A stretch of 64,000 nucleotides of DNA from Escherichia coli (lineage in GTDB: Bacteria; Pseudomonadota; Gammaproteobacteria; Enterobacterales; Enterobacteriaceae), in the NCBI RefSeq assembly GCF_024502345.1, contig NZ_JALDNN010000001.1; one strand, 5' to 3'. Position numbers and translations under genes: made by a program. Of this stretch, positions 25,635-39,709 are shown in pieces. The notes beneath the pieces were generated by a model. The model saw nothing but the letters and a program-made list of their open reading frames with translations. It was not told where the DNA came from and did no database searches. The number at the start of each line of letters is the position of its first letter. Within the stretch, counting starts at the first letter, position 1.

Positions 25635-26750
25635 TTAGAACTGGTAGACGATACCAACTGCAAACTGGTCATCAGCTGCTGCGCCAGTAATGGCGGCGTC
25701 ATCTTTATCCAGCATGTTGAATTTGTATGCAGTATAAACGTTCATGTTCTTATTAAAGTAGTACCAGGTACCAACTTCAATGTAGTTCACACGGTCAGCG
25801 TCAACATATCTATGTCCAGGTACCCCTTTGATATCTTTACCTTTAGAGTACACATAACCTAAGGACGGACGCAGACCAAAGTCGAATTGATACTGAACAA
25901 CCGCTTCAAAGTTCTGGGTTTCATTGATAAGTTGATCACGCATTATTGTATTGCCTTCTCGATCGGCAACACCTGTATCAATAGAACCCGGAGTCATATT
26001 ACGAGTTTCGCCGTACATTACAGCTGCGTAGACATTGTTCGCGTCATACTTTGCAGCCAATGACCACAGTTCAGCATTTGAACCGTTTCCATCGGCAACT
26101 TGATCGTTGGTGCGATCAGATTTGCTATATGCACCAACGATACCAAAACCATTGATGTTATAGTCTACAGACAACGCATAGCCGTCACCATTTTGTTTCT
26201 TAGTGCTACGGTTGCTGTTTTTGCCTTGGTACTGAATCGCAAAATCAAGACCATCAACCAGGCCAAAGAAATCATAGTTACGGTAGGTTGCAACACCGTT
26301 GGTACGACCATTCATGAAGTTGTCAGCGGAAGCCCAGGAATCGCCACCCCATTCAACTAACATATCGGTATAAGCTGCGGCATCATAAGCAACACCGTAG
26401 TTACGGCCATAGTCAAATGATCCTAACTCGTTATATTTCAAACCGGCGAAGGTTAAACGGGTTTTTTCCTGGTTTTCACCTTCGGGCTTGCTGGCGTCGA
26501 GATTGTATTCAAACTGACCAAAACCAGTCAGTTCGCTGGTGATTTGGGTTTCACCTTTAACACCGAAACGAGCATAGGAGGTATCTTCGTTTTCGCTGTT
26601 ATTATCATCAGTATTTGACCAGATGCGTTCGCCAACCATCTTGCCGTAGAAATCAACTTTATTGCCATCTTTATTGTAAATTTCAGCCGCATTTGCTGCG
26701 CCAGCAACTAATAACGCCGGGACCAGCATTGCCAGAACTTTTCTTTTCAT
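25635..26750 (-). CDS. yedS: OmpC/OmpF-family general porin (yedS-like), apparently intact
   Basis: Signal peptide [21 protein letters not shown], the [12 protein letters not shown] start typical of general porins, and a C-terminal aromatic residue (...VGIVYQF). Confidence 0.85.
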   Translation of the reverse strand: MKRKVLAMLVPALLVAGAANAAEIYNKDGNKVDFYGKMVGERIWSNTDDNNSENEDTSYARFGVKGETQITSELTGFGQFEYNLDASKPEGENQEKTRLTFAGLKYNELGSFDYGRNYGVAYDAAAYTDMLVEWGGDSWASADNFMNGRTNGVATYRNYDFFGLVDGLDFAIQYQGKNSNRSTKKQNGDGYALSVDYNINGFGIVGAYSKSDRTNDQVADGNGSNAELWSLAAKYDANNVYAAVMYGETRNMTPGSIDTGVADREGNTIMRDQLINETQNFEAVVQYQFDFGLRPSLGYVYSKGKDIKGVPGHRYVDADRVNYIEVGTWYYFNKNMNVYTAYKFNMLDKDDAAITGAAADDQFAVGIVYQF

Positions 26751-27379
26751 TATGTATTCCCTTGTGATTATAATCTTCATGAATATATCAATAAGTGCCG
26801 TTATCCAAAAAAAAGCACATTTGGATACTATTCTATGAAGTTCATTTTATTTTAAAGATTACATGTAACAAATGTATTTAAAAGATTTCAAAATGTTTCT
26901 AATCTATTTAATATAATTTAGAATTATGAATTCTAAATATAAATATTCATGAAAATTATAAATGTATATCAATATGTTATGAGTTGAGCGGAAGCATAGG
27001 GGGTATCAATGATTGTTGCGCCAAACGGCTGGTGTGATCACGCGCACATTAATGAAGGCATAAAAAAAAGCCGGCATCATGCCGGCCCAAAAAATATAAA
27101 CAAGACGATAAAAGGCTAATAACGGAGGCATCATGACACAGAAAAATAAAAAGGTATAATTGTATTCAGTGCTAATATATTGATTAAATGAATTAATAAA
27201 GCCGATCTCAAAGATAAATAAAATCGCTCAAAACGATTTTTCCTGTATTCACTGCCGTTGCGCAAAAATTATCTATTTGTTCAAAAAATGAGTGAGTCTT
27301 GACTGGCTCATCCAATGTGGAAAAATGTGACTTTTATCACATAATAGTACTAAGTCTGAATTTTCCGGGTTATCTCAAA

Positions 27380-27682
27380 ATGGAATACGGTTCGACAAAG
27401 ATGGAAGAGAGACTCTCTCGCAGCCCTGGTGGCAAACTGGCTTTGTGGGCTTTCTATACATGGTGTGGCTATTTCGTCTGGGCAATGGCGCGTTACATCT
27501 GGGTGATGAGCCGGATCCCCGATGCCCCCGTGTCGGGATTTGAAAGCGATTTAGGCTCTACCGCGGGAAAGTGGTTAGGGGCACTGGTCGGATTTTTATT
27601 TATGGCTCTGGTCGGGGCATTGTTAGGCAGCATTGCCTGGTACACCCGACCTCGTCCCGCACGTAGCAGACGCTATGAATAA
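27380..27682 (+). CDS. yedR: Small inner-membrane protein YedR
   Basis: About 100 aa with two hydrophobic segments. Position upstream of yedJ matches E. coli; the start codon is uncertain (in-frame ORF begins at 27299). Confidence 0.55.
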   Translation: MEYGSTKMEERLSRSPGGKLALWAFYTWCGYFVWAMARYIWVMSRIPDAPVSGFESDLGSTAGKWLGALVGFLFMALVGALLGSIAWYTRPRPARSRRYE

Positions 27683-27721
27683 AAACTGCTAAGGTGGCGA
27701 CTCTTTGGCAACGGAGCGCGT

Positions 27722-28417
27722 ATGGACTTACAGCACTGGCAGGCACAGTTCGAAAACTGGTTGAAAAACCATCATCAGCACCAGGACGCGGCCCATGACG
27801 TGTGTCATTTTCGCCGCGTCTGGGCTACGGCACAGAAGCTGGCGGCAGATGACGATGTCGATATGCTGGTGATTTTAACCGCCTGTTATTTTCACGATAT
27901 TGTGAGCCTGGCGAAAAATCATCCGCAAAGGCAGCGTTCTTCAATCCTGGCGGCAGAAGAGACGCGTCGCCTGCTCCGTGAAGAGTTCGAGCAATTTCCG
28001 GCGGAGAAAATCGAGGCCGTTTGTCATGCCATTGCCGCTCACAGTTTCAGCGCGCAAATCGCCCCCTTAACAACGGAAGCTAAAATTGTCCAGGATGCGG
28101 ATCGGCTGGAAGCCCTGGGGGCGATTGGCCTGGCGCGCGTGTTTGCCGTTTCAGGGGCATTGGGCGTGGCGCTGTTTGATGGTGAAGATCCGTTCGCACA
28201 GCATCGCCCGCTTGATGATAAACGCTACGCGCTGGATCATTTCAAGACTAAGTTGCTGAAGCTACCGCAAACCATGCAAACCGCAAGAGGCAAGCAGCTG
28301 GCGCAGCACAACGCGCATTTTTTAGTCGAGTTTATGGCGAAGCTCAGTGCCGAACTGGCGGGGGAGAATGAAGGTGTCGATCACAAGGTGATAGATGCGT
28401 TTTCACCCGCGGGATAA
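27722..28417 (+). CDS. yedJ: HD-domain phosphohydrolase
   Basis: 231 aa with an HD motif (FHDIV...DADRLEALG). Confidence 0.8.
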   Translation: MDLQHWQAQFENWLKNHHQHQDAAHDVCHFRRVWATAQKLAADDDVDMLVILTACYFHDIVSLAKNHPQRQRSSILAAEETRRLLREEFEQFPAEKIEAVCHAIAAHSFSAQIAPLTTEAKIVQDADRLEALGAIGLARVFAVSGALGVALFDGEDPFAQHRPLDDKRYALDHFKTKLLKLPQTMQTARGKQLAQHNAHFLVEFMAKLSAELAGENEGVDHKVIDAFSPAG

Positions 28418-28483
28418 GCGCGTGGCCCTAAATGGCTGTAATTATGTTAACCTGTCGGCCATCTCAGATGGCCGGTTAAATCT

Positions 28484-29902
28484 ATGCAGGAAAATATATC
28501 AGTAACCGATTCATACAGCACCGGGAATGCCGCACAGGCAATGCTGGAGAAACTGCTGCAAATTTATGATGTTAAAACGCTGGTGGCGCAGCTTAATGGT
28601 GTGGGTGAGAATCACTGGAGCGCGGCAATTTTAAAACGTGCGCTGGCGAATGACTCGGCATGGCACCGTTTAAGTGAGAAAGAGTTCGCCCATCTGCAAA
28701 CGTTGTTACCCAAACCACCGGCACATCATCCGCATTATGCGTTTCGCTTTATCGATCTATTTGCCGGAATTGGCGGCATCCGTCGCGGTTTTGAATCGAT
28801 TGGCGGACAATGCGTGTTTACCAGCGAATGGAACAAACATGCGGTACGCACTTATAAAGCCAACCATTATTGCGATCCGGCGACGCATCATTTTAATGAA
28901 GATATCCGCGACATCACCCTCAGCCATAAAGAAGGCGTGAGTGATGAGGCGGCGGCGGAACATATTCGTAAACACATTCCTGAACACGATGTTTTACTGG
29001 CCGGTTTCCCTTGTCAGCCATTTTCGCTGGCTGGCGTATCGAAAAAGAACTCGCTCGGGCGGGCGCACGGTTTTGCCTGCGATACTCAGGGCACGCTGTT
29101 CTTTGATGTGGTGCGCATTATCGACGCGCGTCGTCCGGCGATGTTTGTGCTCGAAAACGTCAAAAACCTGAAAAGCCACGACCAGGGTAAAACGTTCCGC
29201 ATCATCATGCAGACGCTGGACGAACTGGGCTATGACGTGGCTGATGCAGAAGATAACGGGCCGGACGATCCGAAAATCATCGATGGTAAACATTTTCTGC
29301 CGCAGCACCGTGAACGCATCGTGCTGGTGGGTTTTCGTCGCGATCTTAATCTGAAAGCCGATTTTACTCTGCGTGATATCAGCGAATGTTTCCCTGCACA
29401 GCGAGTGACGCTGGCGCAGCTGTTGGACCCGATGGTCGAGGCGAAATATATCCTGACGCCGGTGCTGTGGAAGTACCTCTATCGATATGCGAAAAAACAT
29501 CAGGCGCGCGGTAACGGCTTCGGTTATGGAATGGTTTATCCGAACAATCCGCAAAGCGTCACGCGTACGCTGTCTGCGCGTTATTACAAAGATGGCGCGG
29601 AAATTTTAATCGATCGCGGCTGGGATATGGCCACGGGTGAGAAAGATTTTGACGATCCGCTGAATCAGCAACATCGTCCACGTCGGTTAACGCCTCGGGA
29701 ATGCGCGCGCTTAATGGGTTTTGAAGCGCCGGGAGAAGCGAAATTCCGCATTCCGGTTTCGGACACTCAGGCCTATCGCCAGTTCGGTAACTCGGTGGTC
29801 GTGCCGGTCTTTGCCGCGGTGGCAAAACTGCTTGAGCCAAAAATCAAACAGGCGGTGGCGTTGCGTCAGCAAGAGGCACAACATGGCCGACGTTCACGAT
29901 AA
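28484..29902 (+). CDS. dcm: DNA-cytosine methyltransferase (CCWGG)
   Basis: C5-MTase motifs FAGIGG (motif I), GFPCQPFS (motif IV with catalytic Cys) and ENV. 472 aa as in E. coli Dcm. Confidence 0.95.
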   Translation: MQENISVTDSYSTGNAAQAMLEKLLQIYDVKTLVAQLNGVGENHWSAAILKRALANDSAWHRLSEKEFAHLQTLLPKPPAHHPHYAFRFIDLFAGIGGIRRGFESIGGQCVFTSEWNKHAVRTYKANHYCDPATHHFNEDIRDITLSHKEGVSDEAAAEHIRKHIPEHDVLLAGFPCQPFSLAGVSKKNSLGRAHGFACDTQGTLFFDVVRIIDARRPAMFVLENVKNLKSHDQGKTFRIIMQTLDELGYDVADAEDNGPDDPKIIDGKHFLPQHRERIVLVGFRRDLNLKADFTLRDISECFPAQRVTLAQLLDPMVEAKYILTPVLWKYLYRYAKKHQARGNGFGYGMVYPNNPQSVTRTLSARYYKDGAEILIDRGWDMATGEKDFDDPLNQQHRPRRLTPRECARLMGFEAPGEAKFRIPVSDTQAYRQFGNSVVVPVFAAVAKLLEPKIKQAVALRQQEAQHGRRSR

Positions 29903-30353
29903 GGCCACTCGCAGCAAAAATATGCGCGCGATTGCCACGCGTGATACGGCGATTGAGAAGCGCCTCGCCAGTCTGTTAACCGGGCAGGGCCTGGCGTTTC
30001 GCGTTCAGGACGCCAGTCTGCCCGGTCGCCCGGATTTTGTCGTTGATGAATATCGTTGCGTGATATTTACCCACGGCTGCTTCTGGCACCATCATCACTG
30101 CTATCTGTTTAAAGTGCCTGCGACTCGAACCGAGTTCTGGCTGGAGAAGATAGGTAAAAATGTTGAACGCGATCGCCGCGATATCAGTCGTTTGCAGGAA
30201 CTCGGCTGGCGCGTACTGATTGTCTGGGAGTGTGCATTACGTGGGCGCGAGAAGCTGACGGATGAAGCGCTTACCGAGCGTCTGGAAGAGTGGATCTGCG
30301 GCGAAGGTGCCAGCGCGCAGATCGACACGCAGGGGATTCATTTACTCGCTTGA
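29883..30353 (+). CDS. vsr: Very-short-patch repair endonuclease
   Basis: Begins [28 protein letters not shown]. The start overlaps the dcm 3' end by 20 nt in another frame, the known dcm-vsr arrangement. Confidence 0.9.
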   Translation: MADVHDKATRSKNMRAIATRDTAIEKRLASLLTGQGLAFRVQDASLPGRPDFVVDEYRCVIFTHGCFWHHHHCYLFKVPATRTEFWLEKIGKNVERDRRDISRLQELGWRVLIVWECALRGREKLTDEALTERLEEWICGEGASAQIDTQGIHLLA

Positions 30354-31262
30354 TGCGTCCTGAATAACTGGCGCAACTACGGGTTTTGCCGGGAAGAGAT
30401 ATTTTCCCAACGTGACCAGTACCACCGCGAAGACAATTACGCCGAGCGCCAGCCATTCAATCTTCGACAGCGTTTCTCCGCCCAGTCCCGTACCCAGCAA
30501 GACCGCGACCACCGGGTTAACGTAGGCGTAGCTGGTGGCGAGAGCCGGACTGACGTTGCGGATTAAATACATATAAGCGTTAATGGCGATAATCGAACCA
30601 AACAGCGCCAGATAGCCGACCGCAAGGAAGCCTGAAAGGGAAGGGAGTGCCGTCAGTTTTTCACCTGCAATCATCGACGCGATCATTAACACCACGCCTG
30701 CCGCCAGCATCTCAATCGCACCCGCCATCATCCCTACAGGTAAGGTAATGCGCGAGCCATAAACCGAGCCAAACGCCCAGCTAATCGAGCCGATTAAAAT
30801 CAGAATCGCGCCCCACGGATTGCCGCTTAAATTTCCACCGCTATTGAGCATGATGATTCCGGCAAGCCCAATGGCGATACCCACCCATTCCAGTTTGCGC
30901 GTTTTAATGCCAAACAGGCGGCTGAAGCACAGGGTAAAGAGGGGCACGGTTGCAACCACAACGGCGGCGATGCCGGAAGGAACATTTTGATGCTCGGCAA
31001 CCGTCACCATGCCATTACCGACAGCCAGCAATAACAGGCCAATCAGCGCGGCATTGAGCAGCGGACGTAGCGGGGGGAGTTTGTGTCCGCGCAGTAGCAA
31101 AAATGCCAGCAATAAAATACCGGCTGCCAGGAATCGAACGCCCGCCATCATTAACGGAGGCCAGCTTTCCACGCCAATCCGAATGACAAAATAGGTTGAG
31201 CCCCAAATGATATACAACGCAAACAGCGCGCCAAAAAGCGGTAACAACTGGCGGAAACGCAT
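30342..31262 (-). CDS. yedA: EamA/DMT-family amino-acid exporter
   Basis: 306-aa protein with about 10 transmembrane segments in two EamA repeats. Confidence 0.8.
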   Translation of the reverse strand: MRFRQLLPLFGALFALYIIWGSTYFVIRIGVESWPPLMMAGVRFLAAGILLLAFLLLRGHKLPPLRPLLNAALIGLLLLAVGNGMVTVAEHQNVPSGIAAVVVATVPLFTLCFSRLFGIKTRKLEWVGIAIGLAGIIMLNSGGNLSGNPWGAILILIGSISWAFGSVYGSRITLPVGMMAGAIEMLAAGVVLMIASMIAGEKLTALPSLSGFLAVGYLALFGSIIAINAYMYLIRNVSPALATSYAYVNPVVAVLLGTGLGGETLSKIEWLALGVIVFAVVLVTLGKYLFPAKPVVAPVIQDASSE

Positions 31263-31434
31263 AATCCCTCACGGTGGAAATAAAAAGGTGGTTCATAGTA
31301 AACGTGAAAATCATTCTGCTGGCGAGAGATATAATTGCACTTGATTGTTAAAAAAATGTTGACCTGTGAAGCAAGTATCAGAGCTGCCGTTTTTGCTTCA
31401 TACTTACACCCTTCAACAATAAAAATGAGAGGGA

Positions 31435-32352
31435 ATGCTTTTGGCCGGGAGTAGTTTACTGACGTTGCTCGATGATATCGCCACACTGCTGGACGATATC
31501 TCCGTGATGGGCAAACTGGCGGCGAAGAAAACCGCCGGTGTATTAGGGGATGACTTATCGCTCAATGCGCAACAAGTTTCAGGCGTGCGGGCCAACCGGG
31601 AACTTCCCGTGGTCTGGGGCGTGGCGAAAGGATCGCTGATTAATAAAGTGATTCTGGTGCCGCTGGCGCTGATCATCAGTGCGTTTATCCCGTGGGCGAT
31701 TACGCCTCTGTTGATGATTGGTGGCGCGTTTCTCTGCTTTGAAGGAGTAGAGAAAGTGCTGCATATGCTGGAGGCGCGTAAACATAAAGAAGATCCGGCG
31801 CAGAGCCAGCAGCGTCTGGAGAAGCTGGCGGCGCAGGATCCGCTGAAGTTTGAAAAGGACAAAATAAAAGGGGCGATTCGTACCGATTTTATATTGTCTG
31901 CCGAAATCGTCGCCATCACGCTGGGGATTGTGGCCGAAGCGCCGTTGCTTAATCAGGTGCTGGTGCTTTCAGGCATCGCGCTGGTAGTGACCGTGGGCGT
32001 CTACGGTCTGGTAGGGGTTATCGTTAAGATTGATGACCTGGGGTATTGGCTGGCGGAAAAATCCAGCGCGCTGATGCAGGCATTAGGTAAAGGGTTATTG
32101 ATCATTGCGCCCTGGCTGATGAAAGCGTTATCGATTGTCGGCACGCTGGCGATGTTCCTCGTCGGCGGCGGGATTGTGGTACATGGTATTGCGCCGCTGC
32201 ATCACGCCATTGAACATTTCGCCGGGCAGCAAAGTGCAGTGGTGGCGATGATATTACCGACTGTTTTAAATCTGATTCTTGGATTTATCATCGGCGGCAT
32301 CGTGGTGCTGGGAGTGAAAGCCGTAGCGAAAATACGCGGTCAGGCACATTAA
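31435..32352 (+). CDS. yedI: DUF808 inner-membrane protein
   Basis: 305 aa containing [38 protein letters not shown], as remembered for YedI. Confidence 0.8.
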   Translation: MLLAGSSLLTLLDDIATLLDDISVMGKLAAKKTAGVLGDDLSLNAQQVSGVRANRELPVVWGVAKGSLINKVILVPLALIISAFIPWAITPLLMIGGAFLCFEGVEKVLHMLEARKHKEDPAQSQQRLEKLAAQDPLKFEKDKIKGAIRTDFILSAEIVAITLGIVAEAPLLNQVLVLSGIALVVTVGVYGLVGVIVKIDDLGYWLAEKSSALMQALGKGLLIIAPWLMKALSIVGTLAMFLVGGGIVVHGIAPLHHAIEHFAGQQSAVVAMILPTVLNLILGFIIGGIVVLGVKAVAKIRGQAH

Positions 32353-32430
32353 TACTCGCACAGGCTATTATGCAAAATTCGCCATCTTCAACTAAGGTGA
32401 ACAAGTTTCACTCGAAAAAAGGAGGCGAGT

Positions 32431-32613
32431 ATGAGCTTTATGGTTAGTGAGGAAGTTACGGTTAAAGAGGGCGGCCCGCGGATGATTGTCACCGGATACT
32501 CCAGCGGTATGGTTGAGTGTCGTTGGTATGACGGTTACGGGGGCAAGCGGGAAGCTTTTCATGAAACCGAGCTTGTTCCGGGGGAGGGGAGTCGTTCTGC
32601 GGAAGAAGTTTGA
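32431..32613 (+). CDS. yodC: Small DUF2158 protein
   Basis: 60 aa, MSFMVSEEVTVKEGGPRMIVTGYSSGMVECRWYDGYGGKREAFHETELVPGEGSRSAEEV. Confidence 0.75.
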   Translation: MSFMVSEEVTVKEGGPRMIVTGYSSGMVECRWYDGYGGKREAFHETELVPGEGSRSAEEV

Positions 32614-32625
32614 AAGGGTATCATT

Positions 32626-32654
32626 AACACCAGGCCGGATCACTTCCGGCCTGG
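32626..32654 (+). terminator. Stem-loop downstream of yodC (possible terminator)
   Basis: Inverted repeat CACCAGGCCGGA...TCCGGCCTGGTG. The trailing U-tract is weak, so the terminator function is uncertain. Confidence 0.35.
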
Positions 32655-32783
32655 TGTGCCAATGCCTGCAATGAATGATAGTCGCGTCTTATCATGCCAC
32701 CATTATAAAATTATCGCTGTTTTGCGGTACGCTATCGCCAGGTTATGCCAGAATCATAAAAAAGCAGGTTGGGAGTCGTCAGG

Positions 32784-35308
<2,525 letters not shown>

Positions 35309-35487
35309 TTACCAGGATGATTCTCAAAACAGCACAAATAATCAAAGATGATTTTTTCGGGAGCGATCCCGTTGACGCCAGAGCCACCAAGGGGTGACGC
35401 ACGTCACATTTCTATTCATAAGTAGCGTTAATCATTCATATCGCGAATATTTTCTTGTCAGCGAAAAAAATTGCGGATAAGGTGATG

Positions 35488-35574
35488 AACACATCAGATT
35501 TCCTGGTGTAACGAATTTTTTAAGTGCTTCTTGCTTAAGCAAGTTTCATCCCGACCCCCTCAGGGTCGGGATTT
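35488..35574 (+). ncRNA. dsrA: DsrA small regulatory RNA (Hfq-dependent; activates rpoS translation, represses hns)
   Basis: AACACATCAGATTTCCTGGTGTAACGAATTTTTTAAGTGCTTCTTGCTTAAGCAAGTTTCATCCCGACCCCCTCAGGGTCGGGATTT matches the remembered DsrA sequence, including the terminator hairpin and U-tract. Confidence 0.9.
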
Positions 35575-35587
35575 TTTTATTGTGCAT

Positions 35588-35815
35588 TCAACGATTCACT
35601 TCAGAGACGCTGAAGTCATGAATATCCAGTTCGAAGGCATCCGCCAATTCACGCCATGTATGATATTCACGTCCATCGACGCTAACGTGTTCAGAATCGT
35701 TCTGGCTGCGATGAACTTCGCTTTCGCTAATTTCATTGATCGCCGCCAGCAGGGCATCGACATCGACGCTGACCTCACGTTTTGCGGTATCGCTGTACTC
35801 TTTTGCGGTTTTCAT
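35588..35815 (-). CDS. yodD: Stress-induced small protein YodD
   Basis: 75 aa beginning MKTAKEYSDTAKREVSVDVDALLAAINEIS. Confidence 0.75.
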   Translation of the reverse strand: MKTAKEYSDTAKREVSVDVDALLAAINEISESEVHRSQNDSEHVSVDGREYHTWRELADAFELDIHDFSVSEVNR

Positions 35816-35887
35816 CATCTTTCCTCGCAACCGTTACTCTGTTGTTGCCGCCAGTCGTTAAGTCCGCCTGGCATCTCTTAAGTATAG

Positions 35888-36166
<279 letters not shown>

Positions 36167-36209
36167 TCTTATTCAGCCTGACTGGTGGGAAACCACCAGT
36201 CAGAATGTG

Positions 36210-36833
36210 TTAGCGCATGTTGACAAAAATACCATTAGTCACATTATCCGTCAGTCGGACGACATGGTAGATAACCTGTTTATTATGCGTTTTGATCTTA
36301 CGTTTAATATTACCTTTATGCGATGAAACGGTCTTGGCTTTGATATTCATTTGGTCAGAGATTTGAATGGTTCCCTGACCTGCCATCCACATTCGCAACA
36401 TACTCGATTCGGTTCGGCTCAATGATAACGTCGGCATATTTAAAAAAGAGGTTATCGTTGTCTCTTTTTTCAGAATATCGCCAAGGATATCGTCGAGAGA
36501 TTCCGGTTTAATCGATTTAGAACTTATCAATAAATTTTTTCTGACCAATAGATATTCATCAAAATGAACATTGGCAATTGCCATAAAAACGATAAATAAC
36601 GTATTGGGATGTTGATTAATGATGTGCTTGATGTGCTGACTGTTAGAAGCATCATGGATGAAACAGTCCTCATTAATAAACACCACTGAAGGGCGCTGTG
36701 AATCACAAGCTATGGCAAGGTCATCAACGGTTTCAATGTCGTTGATTTCTCTTTTTTTAACCCCTCTACTCAACAGATACCCGGTTAAACCTAGTCGGGT
36801 GTAACTACATAAATCCATAATAATCGTTGACAT
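36210..36833 (-). CDS. rcsA: Capsule synthesis co-activator RcsA (LuxR-type HTH)
   Basis: 207 aa beginning [34 protein letters not shown], with a C-terminal LuxR-type HTH. Confidence 0.9.
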
Positions 36834-37117
36834 GGCATACCCTCACTCAATGCGTAACGATAATTCCCCTTACCTGAATATTTCATCATGACTAAACGGA
36901 ACAACATGGGTCACCTAATGCGCCACTCTCGCGATTTTTCAGGCGGACTTACTATCCCGTAAAGTGTTGTATAATTTGCCTGGAATTGTCTTAAAGTAAA
37001 TGTTGCGATATGTGAGTGAGCTTAAAACAAATATTTCGCCGCAGGAGTATCCTGGAAGATGTTCGTAGGTATTATTTTTCGGATAATCCTTAGGATAACA
37101 TGATAAACGTTACGGAA

Positions 37118-37903
37118 TTATATTAATGGCAATTCACTAATAATATCAGCCAGCAAATTAAACATCTCACTGAATAAATGTTCGCAAAAAGGTGCAATTA
37201 ACGGCATTAATGCCGCCATTAAAGAGATACCGACAGTCAGAGTTAATGGAAATCCAATAACAAAAATGGATAATTGCGGGGCCATACGATTCAGTAAACC
37301 TAATGCCAGATTCAGGGTCAGCAGCAGAGTAATGAGCGGTAACGCCAGCATCAGCCCGTTAAGGAAAATCAAACTCCCTGCTTTGGTGAGTGCCAGAAAC
37401 GCATTGCTGTTCAACGGTTCGCCACCAATTGGCAGGGTGTGAAAGGTATCGACCAGCAGTGAAATCAACCATAAATGACCATTAAATGTCAGGAACAGCA
37501 ATAACGCCAGCATATCCATGATACGGGCTAGAACGGGCATATTTAGATGGCTGGCCGGATCGACAAACGTCGCAAATGACAGCCCCATTTGCAGACCGAT
37601 AATTTCGCCAGCGGTTCGCACAGCGGCAAAGGCAAATTGCATGGTGAAACCAAGCGCAATGCCGATCAGGATCTGCTGCACGGCCAGCCACAGAGCAAAG
37701 AACGAAAAAACAGGAACATCGTTGGCAGGTAATGATGGGGCAATAGCGAACGTGATCATCATTGCCAGACCCAGTTTTACCCGTTTCGGCACGCTGCGTT
37801 CGCTCAGAATTGGCGCGGTAGAAATGAGCGCCAGCACGCGCAGTAACGGCCAGAAGTACAGACTTAGCCAGGAAAGCCATTGATCGCTTGTCACCTGCAT
37901 CAT
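37118..37903 (-). CDS. fliR: Flagellar export apparatus protein FliR
   Basis: 261-aa polytopic membrane protein, last gene of the fliLMNOPQR run. Confidence 0.9.
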   Translation of the reverse strand: MMQVTSDQWLSWLSLYFWPLLRVLALISTAPILSERSVPKRVKLGLAMMITFAIAPSLPANDVPVFSFFALWLAVQQILIGIALGFTMQFAFAAVRTAGEIIGLQMGLSFATFVDPASHLNMPVLARIMDMLALLLFLTFNGHLWLISLLVDTFHTLPIGGEPLNSNAFLALTKAGSLIFLNGLMLALPLITLLLTLNLALGLLNRMAPQLSIFVIGFPLTLTVGISLMAALMPLIAPFCEHLFSEMFNLLADIISELPLI

Positions 37904-37911
37904 TGTACGGG

Positions 37912-38181
37912 CTACCCGATGATATACGGCAGGTTAGTGAACAAGGTGCGGACGTAATCCAGCAACAGATTGAGCATCCACGGTCCGGCAATAATAATGG
38001 CAATAAATACGGCGATGATTTTTGGAATAAACGACAGCGTCATTTCGTTGATCTGCGTGGCGGCCTGCAAAATACTGATGATAAGGCCCGTGACCAGCGC
38101 CACCAGCAACAGCGGGGCAGCCAGTGCCAGCGCGACTTTCATCGCTTCAGTCCCCATCATCATGACCGATTCAGGTGTCAT
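37912..38181 (-). CDS. fliQ: Flagellar export apparatus protein FliQ
   Basis: 89 aa, two transmembrane segments. Confidence 0.9.
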   Translation of the reverse strand: MTPESVMMMGTEAMKVALALAAPLLLVALVTGLIISILQAATQINEMTLSFIPKIIAVFIAIIIAGPWMLNLLLDYVRTLFTNLPYIIG

Positions 38182-38190
38182 TTTGCCTCT

Positions 38191-38928
38191 CTAGCTGTAA
38201 AAGCTCTGCGCCAGCGAACCGACCAGCAATTGCCAGCCATCCACCAGTACAAACAGCATCAGTTTAAAGGGCAGAGCAATGGTGGCGGGGGGAACCATCA
38301 TCATCCCTAATGCCATCAACACGCTGGCTATCACCAGGTCGATAATCAAAAAAGGGATGAAAATCGTGAAGCCTATCTGAAATGCGGTTTTCAACTCGCT
38401 GGTCACGTAGGCCGGGAGCAAAATGCGCATCGGCACGGCTTCAGGTCCCTGCAACGGGCCGGTATTCGCCAGTCTGGCAAACAACCCTAAATCTGCCTCA
38501 CGGGTCTGACGCAGCATAAACTCACGCAGCGGCTGCGCCCCTTTTTCCAGCGCCTCCTGCATTGATATTTTCTCTTCGCTGAATGGCTGGTACGCATCGA
38601 CATAAATTTTGTCGATCACCGGTGACATAATAAAAAAGGTCAAAAACAGTGCCAGCCCCAGCAATACCTGGTTAGGTGGCGCGGAGGGTGTTCCCAGCGC
38701 GTTACGCAATAAACCAAAAACAATGATGATGCGGGTGAAACTGGTCATCATCAGTAAAATTGCCGGAATAAACGTCAACGAGGTGATGAACACCAGCGTC
38801 TGCACCGGGAGCGACCAGCTTTGTCCACCGCCAGGCAGCGGCTGGCTGGTGATACCCGGCAGTTGCGCGAAGGCGAGGGGCGTAATCAGCCAGAGAAGGA
38901 CAGGTGCGACAGACAATAAACGACGCAT
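38191..38928 (-). CDS. fliP: Flagellar export apparatus protein FliP
   Basis: 245 aa with a signal-like N-terminus and a conserved FliP core. Confidence 0.9.
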   Translation of the reverse strand: MRRLLSVAPVLLWLITPLAFAQLPGITSQPLPGGGQSWSLPVQTLVFITSLTFIPAILLMMTSFTRIIIVFGLLRNALGTPSAPPNQVLLGLALFLTFFIMSPVIDKIYVDAYQPFSEEKISMQEALEKGAQPLREFMLRQTREADLGLFARLANTGPLQGPEAVPMRILLPAYVTSELKTAFQIGFTIFIPFLIIDLVIASVLMALGMMMVPPATIALPFKLMLFVLVDGWQLLVGSLAQSFYS

Positions 38929-39293
38929 CAGGATCTCCCGCTACGCTTAAGCAAATTTTTCATGACCGACTGAAAATCGGTCTGCGGTATCTCTTCTGTT
39001 GGTGCAGAAGGGGGAAGTTTATGCAGCAGATTGATTTGCCCTGCGGTAACGCCGAGCACCAGCCGTGCATCATCCACATCGACCACCACAACCCGTTCAC
39101 GCGCGCCCAGCGAAGCACTGGCGCTAATTTTCAGACCGTTAACGCCAGTGCGTTTAGGGACAAATCCCAACCGTTTTACCAGCCAGGCAGCAGCGAGGAT
39201 CAGGGCAATAATGGCGATGAGTGCGCCGCTCACCTGCAGCAGTGGCGCAGCAGAAACCGGCGCGGAAGATTGCACAGTAGCGTGGTTATTCAT
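38928..39293 (-). CDS. fliO: Flagellar protein FliO
   Basis: Single transmembrane segment; begins [20 protein letters not shown]. Overlaps the fliP start by one base. Confidence 0.85.
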   Translation of the reverse strand: MNNHATVQSSAPVSAAPLLQVSGALIAIIALILAAAWLVKRLGFVPKRTGVNGLKISASASLGARERVVVVDVDDARLVLGVTAGQINLLHKLPPSAPTEEIPQTDFQSVMKNLLKRSGRS

Positions 39294-39295
39294 CA

Positions 39296-39709
39296 CTAAC
39301 GGCTCAGGCGGCGCATTCGCTCAGACGGAGTAATGATATCGGTGATCCGCACGCCATATTTATCGGCAACGACCACCACTTCGCCCTGGGCAATTAAATA
39401 ACCGTTGATCAGAATATCCAGTGGTTCGCCCGCCAGACCGTCCAGCGCCACGACGGACCCTTGCGTCAGACGCAACAGCTCTTTGATGGTCATCCGCGTA
39501 CGGCCCAGCTCGACGGTCAGCTTGACCGGAATATCCATAATCAGGTCGATATCCTGCAACGTTCCGCTGACATCACCACCGCCAAATTGCTGGAACACCG
39601 CGTCGGCAGCGCTTTTGCTGCTGGTTGATTTTTGTTCGCTCAAAGCTTCAGCCCACAGATCGTCCATTGCGCCGTTGTTGTCATCGGCCGGATTATTCAT
39701 GTCACTCAT
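39296..39709 (-). CDS. fliN: Flagellar motor switch protein FliN
   Basis: 137 aa with a C-terminal SpoA-like domain. Confidence 0.9.
   Translation of the reverse strand: MSDMNNPADDNNGAMDDLWAEALSEQKSTSSKSAADAVFQQFGGGDVSGTLQDIDLIMDIPVKLTVELGRTRMTIKELLRLTQGSVVALDGLAGEPLDILINGYLIAQGEVVVVADKYGVRITDIITPSERMRRLSR

Noticed and set aside
27009-27119. 36-aa ORF with a plausible Shine-Dalgarno (AGGGGGT) spanning the orphan hairpin
   Set aside because: The hairpin lies inside the ORF, there is no homology support and no conservation evidence. Mentioned only as a possibility.
28994-29554. 186-aa minus-strand ORF inside dcm
   Set aside because: Antisense to a strongly supported methyltransferase frame carrying the canonical motifs.
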